Below are positions 8,574 through 18,006 of a stretch of DNA of 64,000 bases, piece by piece. Source of the stretch: Gammaproteobacteria bacterium (GTDB lineage: Bacteria; Pseudomonadota; Gammaproteobacteria; Pseudomonadales; Azotimanducaceae); assembly GCA_007694905.1 (NCBI GenBank), contig REEU01000144.1, forward strand, positions 65,638 through 129,637, given 5' to 3'. Positions within the stretch are counted from its first letter, which is position 1. The number at the start of each line of letters is the position of its first letter. The notes beneath the pieces were generated by a model that was not told the DNA's origin, ran no database searches, and saw only the letters and a program-made list of their open reading frames with translations. Position numbers and translations under genes: made by a program.

Positions 8574-10073
8574 TCACGCGTTGGCGTGTCCCGAAGGGGT
8601 CAGGTGCGCTCCTGCATGAACGTGGCCGAAGCGGTTGGTGTGTTCGAGTTCGAACTGGTCGAGAATGCGATCCAGCGTGCGACTGATGCAGGTGCAGTTG
8701 CGGATCATCTCAATGCGGGGCCATGTGGCACGCTCGCCTTCCTGCACCAATTGCTGCGTCTGATCTTCGGAAAGGATCGACAGCAGCATGCTCGGTTTCC
8801 AAAGACGCTGGCGGGGAATGATGTTGATGTCCGCCGTGTAGTCCTGGGTGACCACGCCGTACCACATGCGCAGCGCCATGTTCAGCGGATAGACGTTTCG
8901 CACCGCGCTCATGGTCAGGGGATAGGTGGCCCGCAGCATCTCCTTGCCCGCGCGCTGGTAGATATTCCAGACCCGGGACAGCAATCCACCGTCCCATTCG
9001 CTATCCCGCACCGACCACAAAACCAGTGGATTGATCATGCTGGTCATGAAGTGATTGACGCCGTACAGGCGCGTCAGGCGCTTGGCGGGCAGGTCGTCGC
9101 TGACGGAACCATCCACCCAGCGGCTGGCCGGCAGGTACGGTTTGCGGCCCCCATGCGCGTCCCGTGCCATCAGCATGACCGGCGGAAAGATGCCGGGAAT
9201 CGCGCAGGACGCGAGTACAGCTTCGCGAATGAAGACGTTGGGTGATGTGATGGCGTTGAGCAGGCGGGACGTCTGATACAGCCGGCTCGGGGCAATGGAA
9301 ACATTGATCTTGCGACCGGTGCGCTCGAATGCCTCCTGGAACGTCATGTCGGGAATCAGGCGTTCGAGTGTTTCCTGCACATCCTCGATGGTCATACGCT
9401 GACCTACGGGGCCTGGCGAGAAGTGCACGGCCCTGTCGTCCTCGAGCAGTGCGCTCAGTTCCGAATCATCGTGTGTCCCGAGCACGGCGGCAACGAAGGA
9501 TCCCGCACTGGAGCCCGACAGGACCGTGGGCACCAGATCCTGCTCGTACAATGCCTTGGTGACGCCAAGATGAAACGGTCCGAGCGAGCCTCCGCCTGAC
9601 AGCATCAGTGCCGAACGACCGTAGCAATGGCTCGCGCGACGGAAGAAGTCGAGCTTGTCTGCAAACGGAATGATGTCGTCTGACGTCGCGGCGATCTGCT
9701 CGATCGCATCGTCGAGCTCGGCGACGTAGGACTCGATCAGTTCCTTGGTTCCGAACTTGCTCTCGGTATACAGGGCGGGCTTCCCGATCCCGTCCATGTT
9801 TCCGTGAATACCTTCATTGAGGTAGAACAGAAGCTCGTGGGGATCGTCTTCCGCGCGTAGCGTACGCAGGCGATCGAGGCGCCGACGGACCCGGTCGTAA
9901 CCGTAGCGGGAACTTCGAGCTTCCTGCTTCCAGCGTGCCGCACCGCTGCGTTCGTCGTGGGCCAGCGCCGCCTGCTTCCACTCCTCGTAGGTGGTGGCAT
10001 TGTCCATCGCTTTCTCGAGCGCGCGGAGGCTCGGCTTGGGCGTCCCCGGTCTGATCGTCGCGGGCGCGTTCAC
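8574..10073 (-). CDS. Patatin-like phospholipase with a DUF3336-type N-terminal region
   Basis: 499 aa with oxyanion motif LSGGGSLGPFHLG, lipase motif GSSAGS and catalytic Asp motif VDGSV. GTG start in a GTGA overlap with the upstream ligase stop. Confidence 0.8.
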   Translation of the reverse strand: MNAPATIRPGTPKPSLRALEKAMDNATTYEEWKQAALAHDERSGAARWKQEARSSRYGYDRVRRRLDRLRTLRAEDDPHELLFYLNEGIHGNMDGIGKPALYTESKFGTKELIESYVAELDDAIEQIAATSDDIIPFADKLDFFRRASHCYGRSALMLSGGGSLGPFHLGVTKALYEQDLVPTVLSGSSAGSFVAAVLGTHDDSELSALLEDDRAVHFSPGPVGQRMTIEDVQETLERLIPDMTFQEAFERTGRKINVSIAPSRLYQTSRLLNAITSPNVFIREAVLASCAIPGIFPPVMLMARDAHGGRKPYLPASRWVDGSVSDDLPAKRLTRLYGVNHFMTSMINPLVLWSVRDSEWDGGLLSRVWNIYQRAGKEMLRATYPLTMSAVRNVYPLNMALRMWYGVVTQDYTADINIIPRQRLWKPSMLLSILSEDQTQQLVQEGERATWPRIEMIRNCTCISRTLDRILDQFELEHTNRFGHVHAGAHLTPSGHANA

Positions 10074-11773
10074 GCGGCGTCGCCCACTGCAAGCTGTTCA
10101 CGCAGTTCACGCTTGAGGAACTTGCCGTTGGCGTTGCGTGGCAGGTGTTCGTTGCGCAGCCAGATGTAGCGCGGGATCTTGTGTTTCGCGATCTGTTTCG
10201 CGCAGTGTGCGCGCAAGGCTTCCGCGGTGAGCTGTTTTCCGGGCTTGGGTACCACGCAGGCGCCGACTTCCTCGCCGAGGCGCTCGTCTGTTACGCCGAA
10301 GACGACGCACTCGGCGACGTCGTCATGACTGAACAACGCGCTCTCCACTTCAGCGCAGTACACGTTCTCGCCACCGCGAAGCACCATATCCTTGAGGCGG
10401 TCGACGATGTAGATGAAGCCGTCCTCGTCGAGGCGGGCGAGATCTCCGGTGCGCAACCAGCCGTCCTGAATGGTCTCGGCGGTGGCGTCGGGCCGGTTGA
10501 GATAGCCGCGGATAACTGGCGCCCCGCGCACGCAAAGCTCGCCGACTTCGCCCACCGGCAGGGCCTTGCCTTCGGGATCGCGGATCTCCACCTCGAAGGT
10601 CGGACACACCGGGCCGCAGCTGTCGGGGCGGTCCACGAAAAAGTCGCCGGCGATGGACGTGATGATCCCGCAGGTCTCGGTCATACCGTAGCCGGTGTTG
10701 GGGCGCGCAGTGGCGACGTCCTTCTCGATGCGACCGACCAGGTCCGGTTGCAGCTGGGCTCCGCCGCCACCAAGGACCAGCAGGCTGGAGGTGTCCCGCT
10801 TCGGAAAGTCAGGGTGGGCGATCAGTTCCCGGGCCATGGTCGGAACACCGCTCATGCCGGAGACCTTTTCTTCCTCGATCAGCCGCAGCGCTTCGCCTGC
10901 GTCCCATTTGTACATCAGCACCAATTTGCCGCCGGTGGCGGTGCCTCCCTGAGCCACGCAGTTCATGGCCGTGACGTGGAACAGCGGCGTGGTGACCAGC
11001 GACACCCCCTGGGGCGGATTCTCGAGATCCTTCGGGTCCAGCTTGCCGGTCATGACCTGAACGTGCGCATTGACCGCACCCGAACAGAGAATGTTCATGA
11101 CGTTGTTCACGCAGCCGCGGTGCGTCTGCTGGGCACCCTTCGGTTTTCCAGTGGTGCCTGAAGTGTAAAAGATGCAGGCGTCCGAGTCCGGATCGATCTC
11201 GACGTCGGGCAGGCTGCCCTGGTGGGGCTTCACCTTGTTTTCGTAGGAGACGACTTCGGCAGGGAAGTCGCCTTCGAGGCGTACTCCGACCAGCAGCGGC
11301 TCGGGGATCTCCTTGCGATGCTCAAGAATGCGCTGCAGGCGTTCCTGGTCGCAGAAGATCACCTTAGGTGCGGAGTCCTGAATGCCATAGACCAGCTCGG
11401 GTCCTACCCACCAGGCGTTCATGCCCACGACCACGGCGCCCATGGACACGATGGCCCAGTAGCAGAGCAGGTGCTCCGGATAGTTGCGCATGGCGATGCC
11501 GACGCGATCGCCGGGCTGAACGCCCTGGGCCTTGAGCCAGCTGGCGATCGCCGCCACTTCGGCGTGGGCCTCGGCGTAGGTCCAACGCTCATTCAGGTAC
11601 ACCAGGTACTCGCGATCGGCGAACGCCATCGACGCAAGCCAGAGCTCCCGCAGGTTCTGAGGACCGGTCTTGTAGGTTCGGGTCGGATTGCCGCGGACGT
11701 CCACCGTCACGACCTCGAAGTCCCCGCCAGGGCCCGTCAACTTGGCCCGCACCTGCTTGAGTTCCTTATACAT
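10070..11773 (-). CDS. AMP-dependent acyl-CoA synthetase/ligase
   Basis: 567 aa with the AMP-binding signature YTSGTTGKPKG and the later GYGMTE and TGD motifs. Confidence 0.9.
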   Translation of the reverse strand: MYKELKQVRAKLTGPGGDFEVVTVDVRGNPTRTYKTGPQNLRELWLASMAFADREYLVYLNERWTYAEAHAEVAAIASWLKAQGVQPGDRVGIAMRNYPEHLLCYWAIVSMGAVVVGMNAWWVGPELVYGIQDSAPKVIFCDQERLQRILEHRKEIPEPLLVGVRLEGDFPAEVVSYENKVKPHQGSLPDVEIDPDSDACIFYTSGTTGKPKGAQQTHRGCVNNVMNILCSGAVNAHVQVMTGKLDPKDLENPPQGVSLVTTPLFHVTAMNCVAQGGTATGGKLVLMYKWDAGEALRLIEEEKVSGMSGVPTMARELIAHPDFPKRDTSSLLVLGGGGAQLQPDLVGRIEKDVATARPNTGYGMTETCGIITSIAGDFFVDRPDSCGPVCPTFEVEIRDPEGKALPVGEVGELCVRGAPVIRGYLNRPDATAETIQDGWLRTGDLARLDEDGFIYIVDRLKDMVLRGGENVYCAEVESALFSHDDVAECVVFGVTDERLGEEVGACVVPKPGKQLTAEALRAHCAKQIAKHKIPRYIWLRNEHLPRNANGKFLKRELREQLAVGDAA

Positions 11774-11865
11774 CGATGCGTCACCTCCTCTGGATCAGGC
11801 AAGAGATTCTGCCCGTTCGGGCCGAGAGGGGAAAGCCGTGGTAGTGCTATCCTGCGGCCCGTCAG

Positions 11866-11950
11866 GCCCGGGTGGCGAAATTGGTAGACGCAGGGGACTT
11901 AAAATCCCCATCCGTAGGGAGTGCGGGTTCGAGTCCCGCCCCGGGCACCA
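11866..11950 (+). tRNA. tRNA-Leu (anticodon UAA), type II with long variable arm, CCA encoded
   Basis: Acceptor GCCCGGG pairs with CCCGGGC. Anticodon stem GGGGA/TCCCC with loop CTTAAAA. T arm GCGGGTTCGAGTCCCGC. 85 nt in total. Confidence 0.9.
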
Positions 11951-12149
11951 GATTGCGCAGCCTTGACGTCATGGCGGCCGCGTGGCCGGCGGAATCGGCG
12001 CCGATCCCCGCCGCGTCATGCGCCGCAGCATCTCCACGGACTGATGGAGCGGATGCTTCATCAGCCCACTCTGATCTCCAGCCGGGCCCACGTATCCAGC
12101 CCATGTGCCGCCGAAACGGAAGCGCAAAACCCGCTCGGGTACCGGCATC

Positions 12150-12695
12150 TCACCACCCGCTCGTTTCCGGCTCACCCTTGAACGGCCCGACAATCTCGCG
12201 GGTGACCCATCCGCCGTAGAATCCGCCGGCCTGGGCGCGAACCAGCTCGCCAGCGACAAAGCAGCTGACTTTGCTCGGATAGAACGCCAGCCATCCTGCG
12301 ATGGAGGTGAATTCCGGAAAAGGCTCAAGATAGGCCCAGGCGGCAGCCGAGACCGTCTGCTCTGGCGTCTGTACGTCGAAGTAGCTGGCACTTCCTTTCC
12401 ACTCGCAGAAGGAGCCGCCGGGAGCGGGAAACAGGCACTCGGTATCGACGTCGTCGGGTGCTATGTAGAACGTGGGCGGACTCGCGGTCTCAAGGACTCG
12501 GACGGCGCGGGCAGTGCGGGCAATCTCCCGCTTCCCGACCCGGACGACGACCTCGCGTCTGTCCTCCACCAGCGCGGGCGGGCGCGGGTAGTCCCATACC
12601 GACTCTTCCCTGCGTTTGGGCACCTGGGCGAAGGGCGGGCGCTCGCCGCCTCGATGTTTCCACCCGGAGCGTGCTCGCTCCAGCTCATCGTTCAT
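12150..12695 (-). CDS. DUF427 domain protein
   Basis: The internal ATG at 12695 gives a 181 aa protein, MNDELER... The segment FYIAPDDV...CEWKGSASYFDV...AWAY is characteristic of DUF427. The longer track ORF (to 13133) overlaps the macro-domain gene and is rejected. Confidence 0.7.
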   Translation of the reverse strand: MNDELERARSGWKHRGGERPPFAQVPKRREESVWDYPRPPALVEDRREVVVRVGKREIARTARAVRVLETASPPTFYIAPDDVDTECLFPAPGGSFCEWKGSASYFDVQTPEQTVSAAAWAYLEPFPEFTSIAGWLAFYPSKVSCFVAGELVRAQAGGFYGGWVTREIVGPFKGEPETSGW

Positions 12696-13242
12696 GATTG
12701 GCGTCCTCTTTATTGATGGCTTCGAGTGCCCGTGTATGCAGTTCGAGATCGGTCTGCGAGAACAGCACGAAGCGGAGCAGCGCGACGTGCTCGAGCTTGG
12801 GCATCTCTCGCAGCAGCGTCCTGAATGCCACGTGCGCGGCGTCTTCCATGGGATAGCCGAATGCCCCCGTGGACAGGGCAGGGAAGGCGACAGAGCGCAG
12901 GCGATGGGACTCCGCCAGACGAACTGCGTTGCGGTAGCAGTCCTCCAGCAGTCGTTCGGAAGGCTCGTCTTGGCCGTAGACGGGCCCAAGGCAGTGTATG
13001 ACATAAGGATTCGGCAACCCGTGACCGCCTGAGATGACGGCCTGGCCTGGCCGTAACGGTGCCATGGAGGCGCACTCCTCGGCGAGCCCGGGTCCCGCTG
13101 CTCGGTGCAGCGCGCCGGCGACACCGCCGCCAATCTGCAGTTGAGCGTTGGCTGCGTTCACGACGGCATCGATGTCGGTCTGCCGTGCGATGTCGTCCTG
13201 GATGCATTCGAGCACGCGCCCGTTGCGTATGATGCGGCTCAT
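12685..13242 (-). CDS. ymdB: Macro domain protein (O-acetyl-ADP-ribose deacetylase, YmdB-like)
   Basis: ATG at 13242 gives 185 aa. VVNAANAQLQIGGGVAGALHRAAGP and AFPALSTGAFGYP match macro-domain signatures. It overlaps the DUF427 start by 11 nt. Confidence 0.8.
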   Translation of the reverse strand: MSRIIRNGRVLECIQDDIARQTDIDAVVNAANAQLQIGGGVAGALHRAAGPGLAEECASMAPLRPGQAVISGGHGLPNPYVIHCLGPVYGQDEPSERLLEDCYRNAVRLAESHRLRSVAFPALSTGAFGYPMEDAAHVAFRTLLREMPKLEHVALLRFVLFSQTDLELHTRALEAINKEDANHER

Positions 13243-13340
13243 GGCTCCTCCTTCTTCAGAATTTCGGACAGATCCCAAGGGGAGCGACTGGACCGTCAGA
13301 TGCCGTCCTCGGCGTCGAGCGTAATCGGAGAACGGATGGC

Positions 13341-14378
13341 ATGAAAGGCTGCGTTGTTGGACTTCTGCTGACGGTGGTGGCGGTGACCGGTGCTGCCGAT
13401 GAGCTTCCGGTGTGCAAGATGATCGCGACTGGAGGCACGATCGCCATGCGCCCAGCCGAACCGGGCGGCGCACCGGTGCCTGCGGATTCCGGAGATACGC
13501 TGCTTGCGGCCGTCCCTGAATTGGAAGCCATCGCCCGCATGGAAGTGGAGACCCTGTTCAGTGTCCCCTCACCACACATGAGTCCAGCACGATGGATGGC
13601 GCTGCATGCTGCAGTTCGCGGTGCCTTGGACCGGGACGATGTGGCTGGCGTCATCGTGACGCACGGCACCGATGTGCTCGAAGAAACGGCCTTCTTTCTG
13701 GATCTCACCGTCGGCGGAGACAAGCCCGTCGTGCTGACCGGCGCGATGCGCGACGCATCGGTGCGTGATTTCGATGGCCCGCGCAACCTGCTCGCCGCGG
13801 CCCGTGTGTGCGTCAGCCCTGAGTCCCGTGGCCGTGGAGCGATGCTGGTGATGAACGATGCGATTCACGCCGCGAGGGAAGTCCGCAAAGGACACACAGC
13901 ACAGGGCGACTTCCACTCCGGCGGGGCGGGTGCGTTAGGGGCGGTGACTGCGGATACGCTCACTTTCCGCAGGCGTACCGAGTGGCGGCAGCACGTGCCG
14001 CTGCTGCTCGATGAGCTGCCTCGAGTGGATATCGTGGCGATGTATCCGGGCGCCACCGGTGATGGTATCGAGGCCGCTGTGGCTGCCGGCGCGCAGGGAA
14101 TCGTCGTGCAGGCACTGGGGCTCGGCAACGTCAATCAGGCCATCGCTGCGGCCATCGAGAGCGCCATGCAAGCAGGCATCCCCGTGGTGATCGCGAGTCG
14201 GGTGCCGGAGGGTCCGGTCGCACCCGTGTACGGTTACCTCGGTGGCGGGGCGGCGCTTGCGGCGGCCGGTGCCACCTTCGCCGGTGACCTGCCGCCGCAG
14301 AAAGCGCGCATCCTGCTCATGCTGGCGCTGCAGTACACCGAGGACATCGAGGCGCCTCGAGCGTACTTCGAGCGCTGA
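13341..14378 (+). CDS. ansB: Periplasmic type II L-asparaginase / glutaminase-asparaginase
   Basis: 345 aa with a signal peptide, the catalytic motif IATGGTIAM, and HGTDVLEETAFFL. Confidence 0.85.
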   Translation: MKGCVVGLLLTVVAVTGAADELPVCKMIATGGTIAMRPAEPGGAPVPADSGDTLLAAVPELEAIARMEVETLFSVPSPHMSPARWMALHAAVRGALDRDDVAGVIVTHGTDVLEETAFFLDLTVGGDKPVVLTGAMRDASVRDFDGPRNLLAAARVCVSPESRGRGAMLVMNDAIHAAREVRKGHTAQGDFHSGGAGALGAVTADTLTFRRRTEWRQHVPLLLDELPRVDIVAMYPGATGDGIEAAVAAGAQGIVVQALGLGNVNQAIAAAIESAMQAGIPVVIASRVPEGPVAPVYGYLGGGAALAAAGATFAGDLPPQKARILLMLALQYTEDIEAPRAYFER

Positions 14379-14512
14379 GCCTTCGTTTCGTTGGCGTAGC
14401 GCTTCCATTCCAGTCGCGGGCATGAGCACGAGATGGAATATGAACGCAGACGGCGGACCGGTTGCCACCCCGGTATGATCCGCCGGGTTTCGGGCTTGAT
14501 TGCGGAGGGTGC

Positions 14513-15880
14513 GTGCGCGTTCCCCATACCCTGATCCTGCTGGCGGCGATGATCGTCGTTGCGCTGTTACTGACTTGGGTCCTGCCGGCCGGCGCCTTCG
14601 ATACTGCACCGGACGAGACCGGTCGCGAGGTGGTCGTCCCCGGCACGTGGCAGATCATCGACGATGCACCGGTTCTGTCGCCGCTGGCGGTGCTGACGGT
14701 GATTCCCAGGGCGCTTGCTGACGCTCAAGCCGTCATCTTCTTCGTTCTCATCGTCGGCGGTGTGCTCGGCGTGGTGCAGGCGACCGGAACCCTGGATGCG
14801 GCCGTGGGGCGCATGCTCAATCGCTTCGGCGATCGTGCCGGCCTGCTGATCTTCAGCGTCATGCTGGTGTTCGGTGTGGCGTCGAGTACCTTCGGCATGG
14901 CGGTGGAATACATCGCGCTCATTCCGATCCTGCTGACGCTCTGCCGCGGTCTCGGACTCGATGCCATGACGGCCGTCGGCACCGTGGCCGTAGGCTACGG
15001 CGTGGGCTATGGCGCTGCGGCCATCAATCCGTTCACGGTTCTGGTGGCCCAGAACGTGGCAGGGCTGCAGCCGGGCTCCGGGTTGGCACTACGGCTCGCC
15101 ATTTTCCTGCCGCTGCTGGCCATCGGTTTTCATCACGTCTGGCGCTATGCCCGTCGAGTGCAGGCAGATCCAAAGGCGAGCCTGGTGTACGGCATTGCAG
15201 CCGCCGAGGCGCCTGCTCCTGTGGATCATCCAGCGTTCGAGCGTCGCCATGTCATCGTCCTGCTCGTCATGCTGGTAACCCTGCTGCTGCTCATGGTCGG
15301 CATCGTGTTTCTCGATTGGTATCTTGTGGAGCTCTCGGCACTTTTCCTGGGTCTTGCCTTCGCGACCTGGTTGCTGGGCGGTCTGAAGGGCGACGATGCA
15401 GCCCGGGCCTTCGGGGAGGGCGCCGCTGCCATGACCATGACGGCACTACTGGTGGGGTTTGCACGCGCCATCGCACTCATGTTGGAGGACGGACATGTAC
15501 TCCATACCATCGTTCACGGCCTTTCCCTGCCGCTGTCGATGGTAGGTCCTGAGCTGGCGGCGGTGGGCATGCTGGGCGTGCAGAGCCTGCTGAACCTGTT
15601 CATACCTTCCGGGAGCGGGCAGGCGTTTGTGACCATGCCGCTGATGGCGCCCATCGGTGAGATCGTCGGCGTCAGTCGACAGGTGGCGGTGTTGGCGTTT
15701 CAGTTCGGCGACGGCTTCATGAACATCATGATTCCGACCAACGCCATCCTCATGGCGATGCTGGGCATCGCAGGGATCCCTTATGATCGCTGGTTGCGCT
15801 TCATCTGGCCGCTGGTGGCCAAGCTGCTGCTGGCGGCAGCGCTGGTCCTGGTGACGGCAGTGTGGATCGGGTACGCCTGA
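14513..15880 (+). CDS. yfcC: YfcC-family membrane transporter (C4-dicarboxylate anaerobic carrier superfamily)
   Basis: Polytopic. The N-terminus VRVPHTLILLAAMIVVALLLTWVLPAG matches the usual YfcC start. I prefer the GTG at 14513; the track ORF starts at 14462. Confidence 0.75.
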   Translation: MRVPHTLILLAAMIVVALLLTWVLPAGAFDTAPDETGREVVVPGTWQIIDDAPVLSPLAVLTVIPRALADAQAVIFFVLIVGGVLGVVQATGTLDAAVGRMLNRFGDRAGLLIFSVMLVFGVASSTFGMAVEYIALIPILLTLCRGLGLDAMTAVGTVAVGYGVGYGAAAINPFTVLVAQNVAGLQPGSGLALRLAIFLPLLAIGFHHVWRYARRVQADPKASLVYGIAAAEAPAPVDHPAFERRHVIVLLVMLVTLLLLMVGIVFLDWYLVELSALFLGLAFATWLLGGLKGDDAARAFGEGAAAMTMTALLVGFARAIALMLEDGHVLHTIVHGLSLPLSMVGPELAAVGMLGVQSLLNLFIPSGSGQAFVTMPLMAPIGEIVGVSRQVAVLAFQFGDGFMNIMIPTNAILMAMLGIAGIPYDRWLRFIWPLVAKLLLAAALVLVTAVWIGYA

Positions 15881-16088
15881 TGACTGACCTACGCGACAGG
15901 GCGGCTGCGCGGGTCGTGCTGGGTGCGGATAGGGCGGCGGCAGGCCTGTCACAAGGCAGATGGATGCTGGTCAATCCGAGCGGCGAGCGTCTATGCTAAA
16001 CCCTTTACGCGGCGGACGGTTCAGGGCGGGCAGGCGTCCTGCCGCTCCAGCTCAGAAACTGCCATGGCAAGATTTCGGGATTGAAACT

Positions 16089-17051
16089 ATGACAGGCGGC
16101 AGGGGAATCCTGATTCTCGGTGCGGGCCGAAGCGGCACCAGCACCCTGGCCAGGGGACTCATAGCTCTGAACGTGACGCTCGGACGGCAATTCCATCGCC
16201 CGGTGCGCAAGAATCCACGTGGCCAGTTCGAGGAAGTCCACCTGCTCTCTCTGAGCAAGGCGGTGCGCAATACTTTGGGTTTGCGCGCCGACAGCGTCCG
16301 CCTTCTGAGCGATCAGGACTGGCAGGAGGCTGCTCTGGAGCCACTTCGTCGCAATGTGCGGGAGGCGGTCGCCAAGCAGTTCGGAAATGATCCGATCTGG
16401 GCCTTCAAGTACGGCAGTACCGGCCGCATTCTTCCTTTCTGGTTCGATATCCTGCCGGATATGGGTATCGAACCGTCCTTCGTATTTGCCTACCGGAATC
16501 CGCTCAGCGTCGCCCACTCAAGGAGCCGGCTCGATTCCGAACGCGGCCGGGTAGCGAAGAATAACTTCGAATGGCTGGTCAATGTCGTGCCGTACTTTCA
16601 CCTCGTCCGCGGCTACCGGACGGTGGTGGTGGACTATGACCAGTTGATCAGTGATCCCGGTCCCCAGTTGCGTCGATTGGCCGATCGTCTCGGGCTGCCG
16701 ATGACCCCTGAGGCCGAAACAGGTATTGCGACGTTCGAGAAAGCCTTCCTGCGCAAGGATCTGCAGCACACCCACTTCACCGACGCCGACCTGCTGGCTG
16801 ACCCGGATACGCACCCGCTGGTGCGGCGCGCAGCGCACCTGCTTGCTGCGCTTGCCCGCGACGAGCGCAGCATCGATGAGAATGCGCTGTGGGCGGAGTG
16901 GCGGGACATTCGAAGCGGGGTGCAGGACCTGGCGCCCACGCTGACCCTGGTCGATGCGCTGAGCTCGGACGTGAGGCGGGCGAGCTGGTGGGATCTGCGC
17001 AAACCGTTACGACTCGCCTGGCGCAAGATGCCCTTATTGAGAGTTCGCTGA
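16089..17051 (+). CDS. Sulfotransferase family protein
   Basis: From ATG 16089: MTGGRGILILGAGRSGTSTLARGL (5'-phosphosulfate-binding loop) and AYRNPLSVAHS (3'-phosphate-binding type motif). The track ORF starts at 15960. Confidence 0.7.
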   Translation: MTGGRGILILGAGRSGTSTLARGLIALNVTLGRQFHRPVRKNPRGQFEEVHLLSLSKAVRNTLGLRADSVRLLSDQDWQEAALEPLRRNVREAVAKQFGNDPIWAFKYGSTGRILPFWFDILPDMGIEPSFVFAYRNPLSVAHSRSRLDSERGRVAKNNFEWLVNVVPYFHLVRGYRTVVVDYDQLISDPGPQLRRLADRLGLPMTPEAETGIATFEKAFLRKDLQHTHFTDADLLADPDTHPLVRRAAHLLAALARDERSIDENALWAEWRDIRSGVQDLAPTLTLVDALSSDVRRASWWDLRKPLRLAWRKMPLLRVR

Positions 17052-17056
17052 GCGCG

Positions 17057-17887
17057 ATGGCCCGGCCGGGACGCTTCCGACTCAGCAGTGCTCATCCCTG
17101 GTGGCGACGTGCCTACTACCGTGCGCTCGAGCTGATGGGCCGCCCGCGCTTCAAATCGCATCGTGCAAGCTTCATCGACTTCCCCCGCCAGCGCTTCAAG
17201 CAGGTACGCTTTTCCAATGCCAGCGAAGCGCGGCGGGTAGAGGAGAACCTGCGCGCGCTGCGCCCGCTGGGTGTGTTTCCGCGCTTCCTGTTCCGGCTCG
17301 AGGGCACGGTCTGGACGCAATTCGCCGAAGGCGTGAGGGTCGACCCCAAAAATCCTGAGCACGTCAGCGGCGTCCTGGCATTCTTCGCCAGTCTCTATGG
17401 CCATGAACCGACACAGGTCGATGTGTGGGCCACAGATCTGCAACAGCGCTTGCTCGACAACCTGCATGGATTGGTGGCGATGGGTGAGTTGGACGACGCG
17501 GCCTATGAGCAACTCGCTGCGCTGGCGGAGCGGCTGCGCCCCGAGCAGGTCTGGATGGGAAGCGAGTACATTGATCCCCTGCCGAAGAACTTCGTGGTCA
17601 CAGCCGATGGAGTGGTCGGGATCGATGCCGAAGCGCTGTACCGGCGCGAACTGCTCGGTATCGGCCTGGCGAAGGCTGAGCTGCGCTGGCTGAAGGTGGA
17701 ACGCGACGCTTTGATCACGGCCCTGATCCAGCACGGAGGACCGGATCTCGCCAGCCAGTACGACTACGCGAACCTGTACTTCCTGGCCCACTATGGCATT
17801 CAGTCCGTTCTGCGTGGCAAGGGTGCGCGTGGCTGCCGGGCAGCTATGGAAAGCCTGCTCAGGCAGCACGCGCCCCAGGGGACCTGA
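17057..17887 (+). CDS. Protein-kinase-fold protein (Kdo/WaaP/aminoglycoside kinase-like), function unknown
   Basis: ATG at 17057, 5 nt after the sulfotransferase stop. Catalytic-loop-like YIDPLPKNFVV (D-x4-N) is followed by VVGIDAE. The GC3-rich frame supports the plus strand. Confidence 0.5.
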   Translation: MARPGRFRLSSAHPWWRRAYYRALELMGRPRFKSHRASFIDFPRQRFKQVRFSNASEARRVEENLRALRPLGVFPRFLFRLEGTVWTQFAEGVRVDPKNPEHVSGVLAFFASLYGHEPTQVDVWATDLQQRLLDNLHGLVAMGELDDAAYEQLAALAERLRPEQVWMGSEYIDPLPKNFVVTADGVVGIDAEALYRRELLGIGLAKAELRWLKVERDALITALIQHGGPDLASQYDYANLYFLAHYGIQSVLRGKGARGCRAAMESLLRQHAPQGT

Positions 17888-18006
17888 ATCGCTTCACAGC
17901 ACCCATGGACCACGCGGATCGCCGCCTGCCGCTGGTGTATGATCCCGGCCCGTCGGCTGGGGCAGGGCGCGCGACGGCCGATGGTGGCGGGTTGAGGTTG
18001 AGGCTT

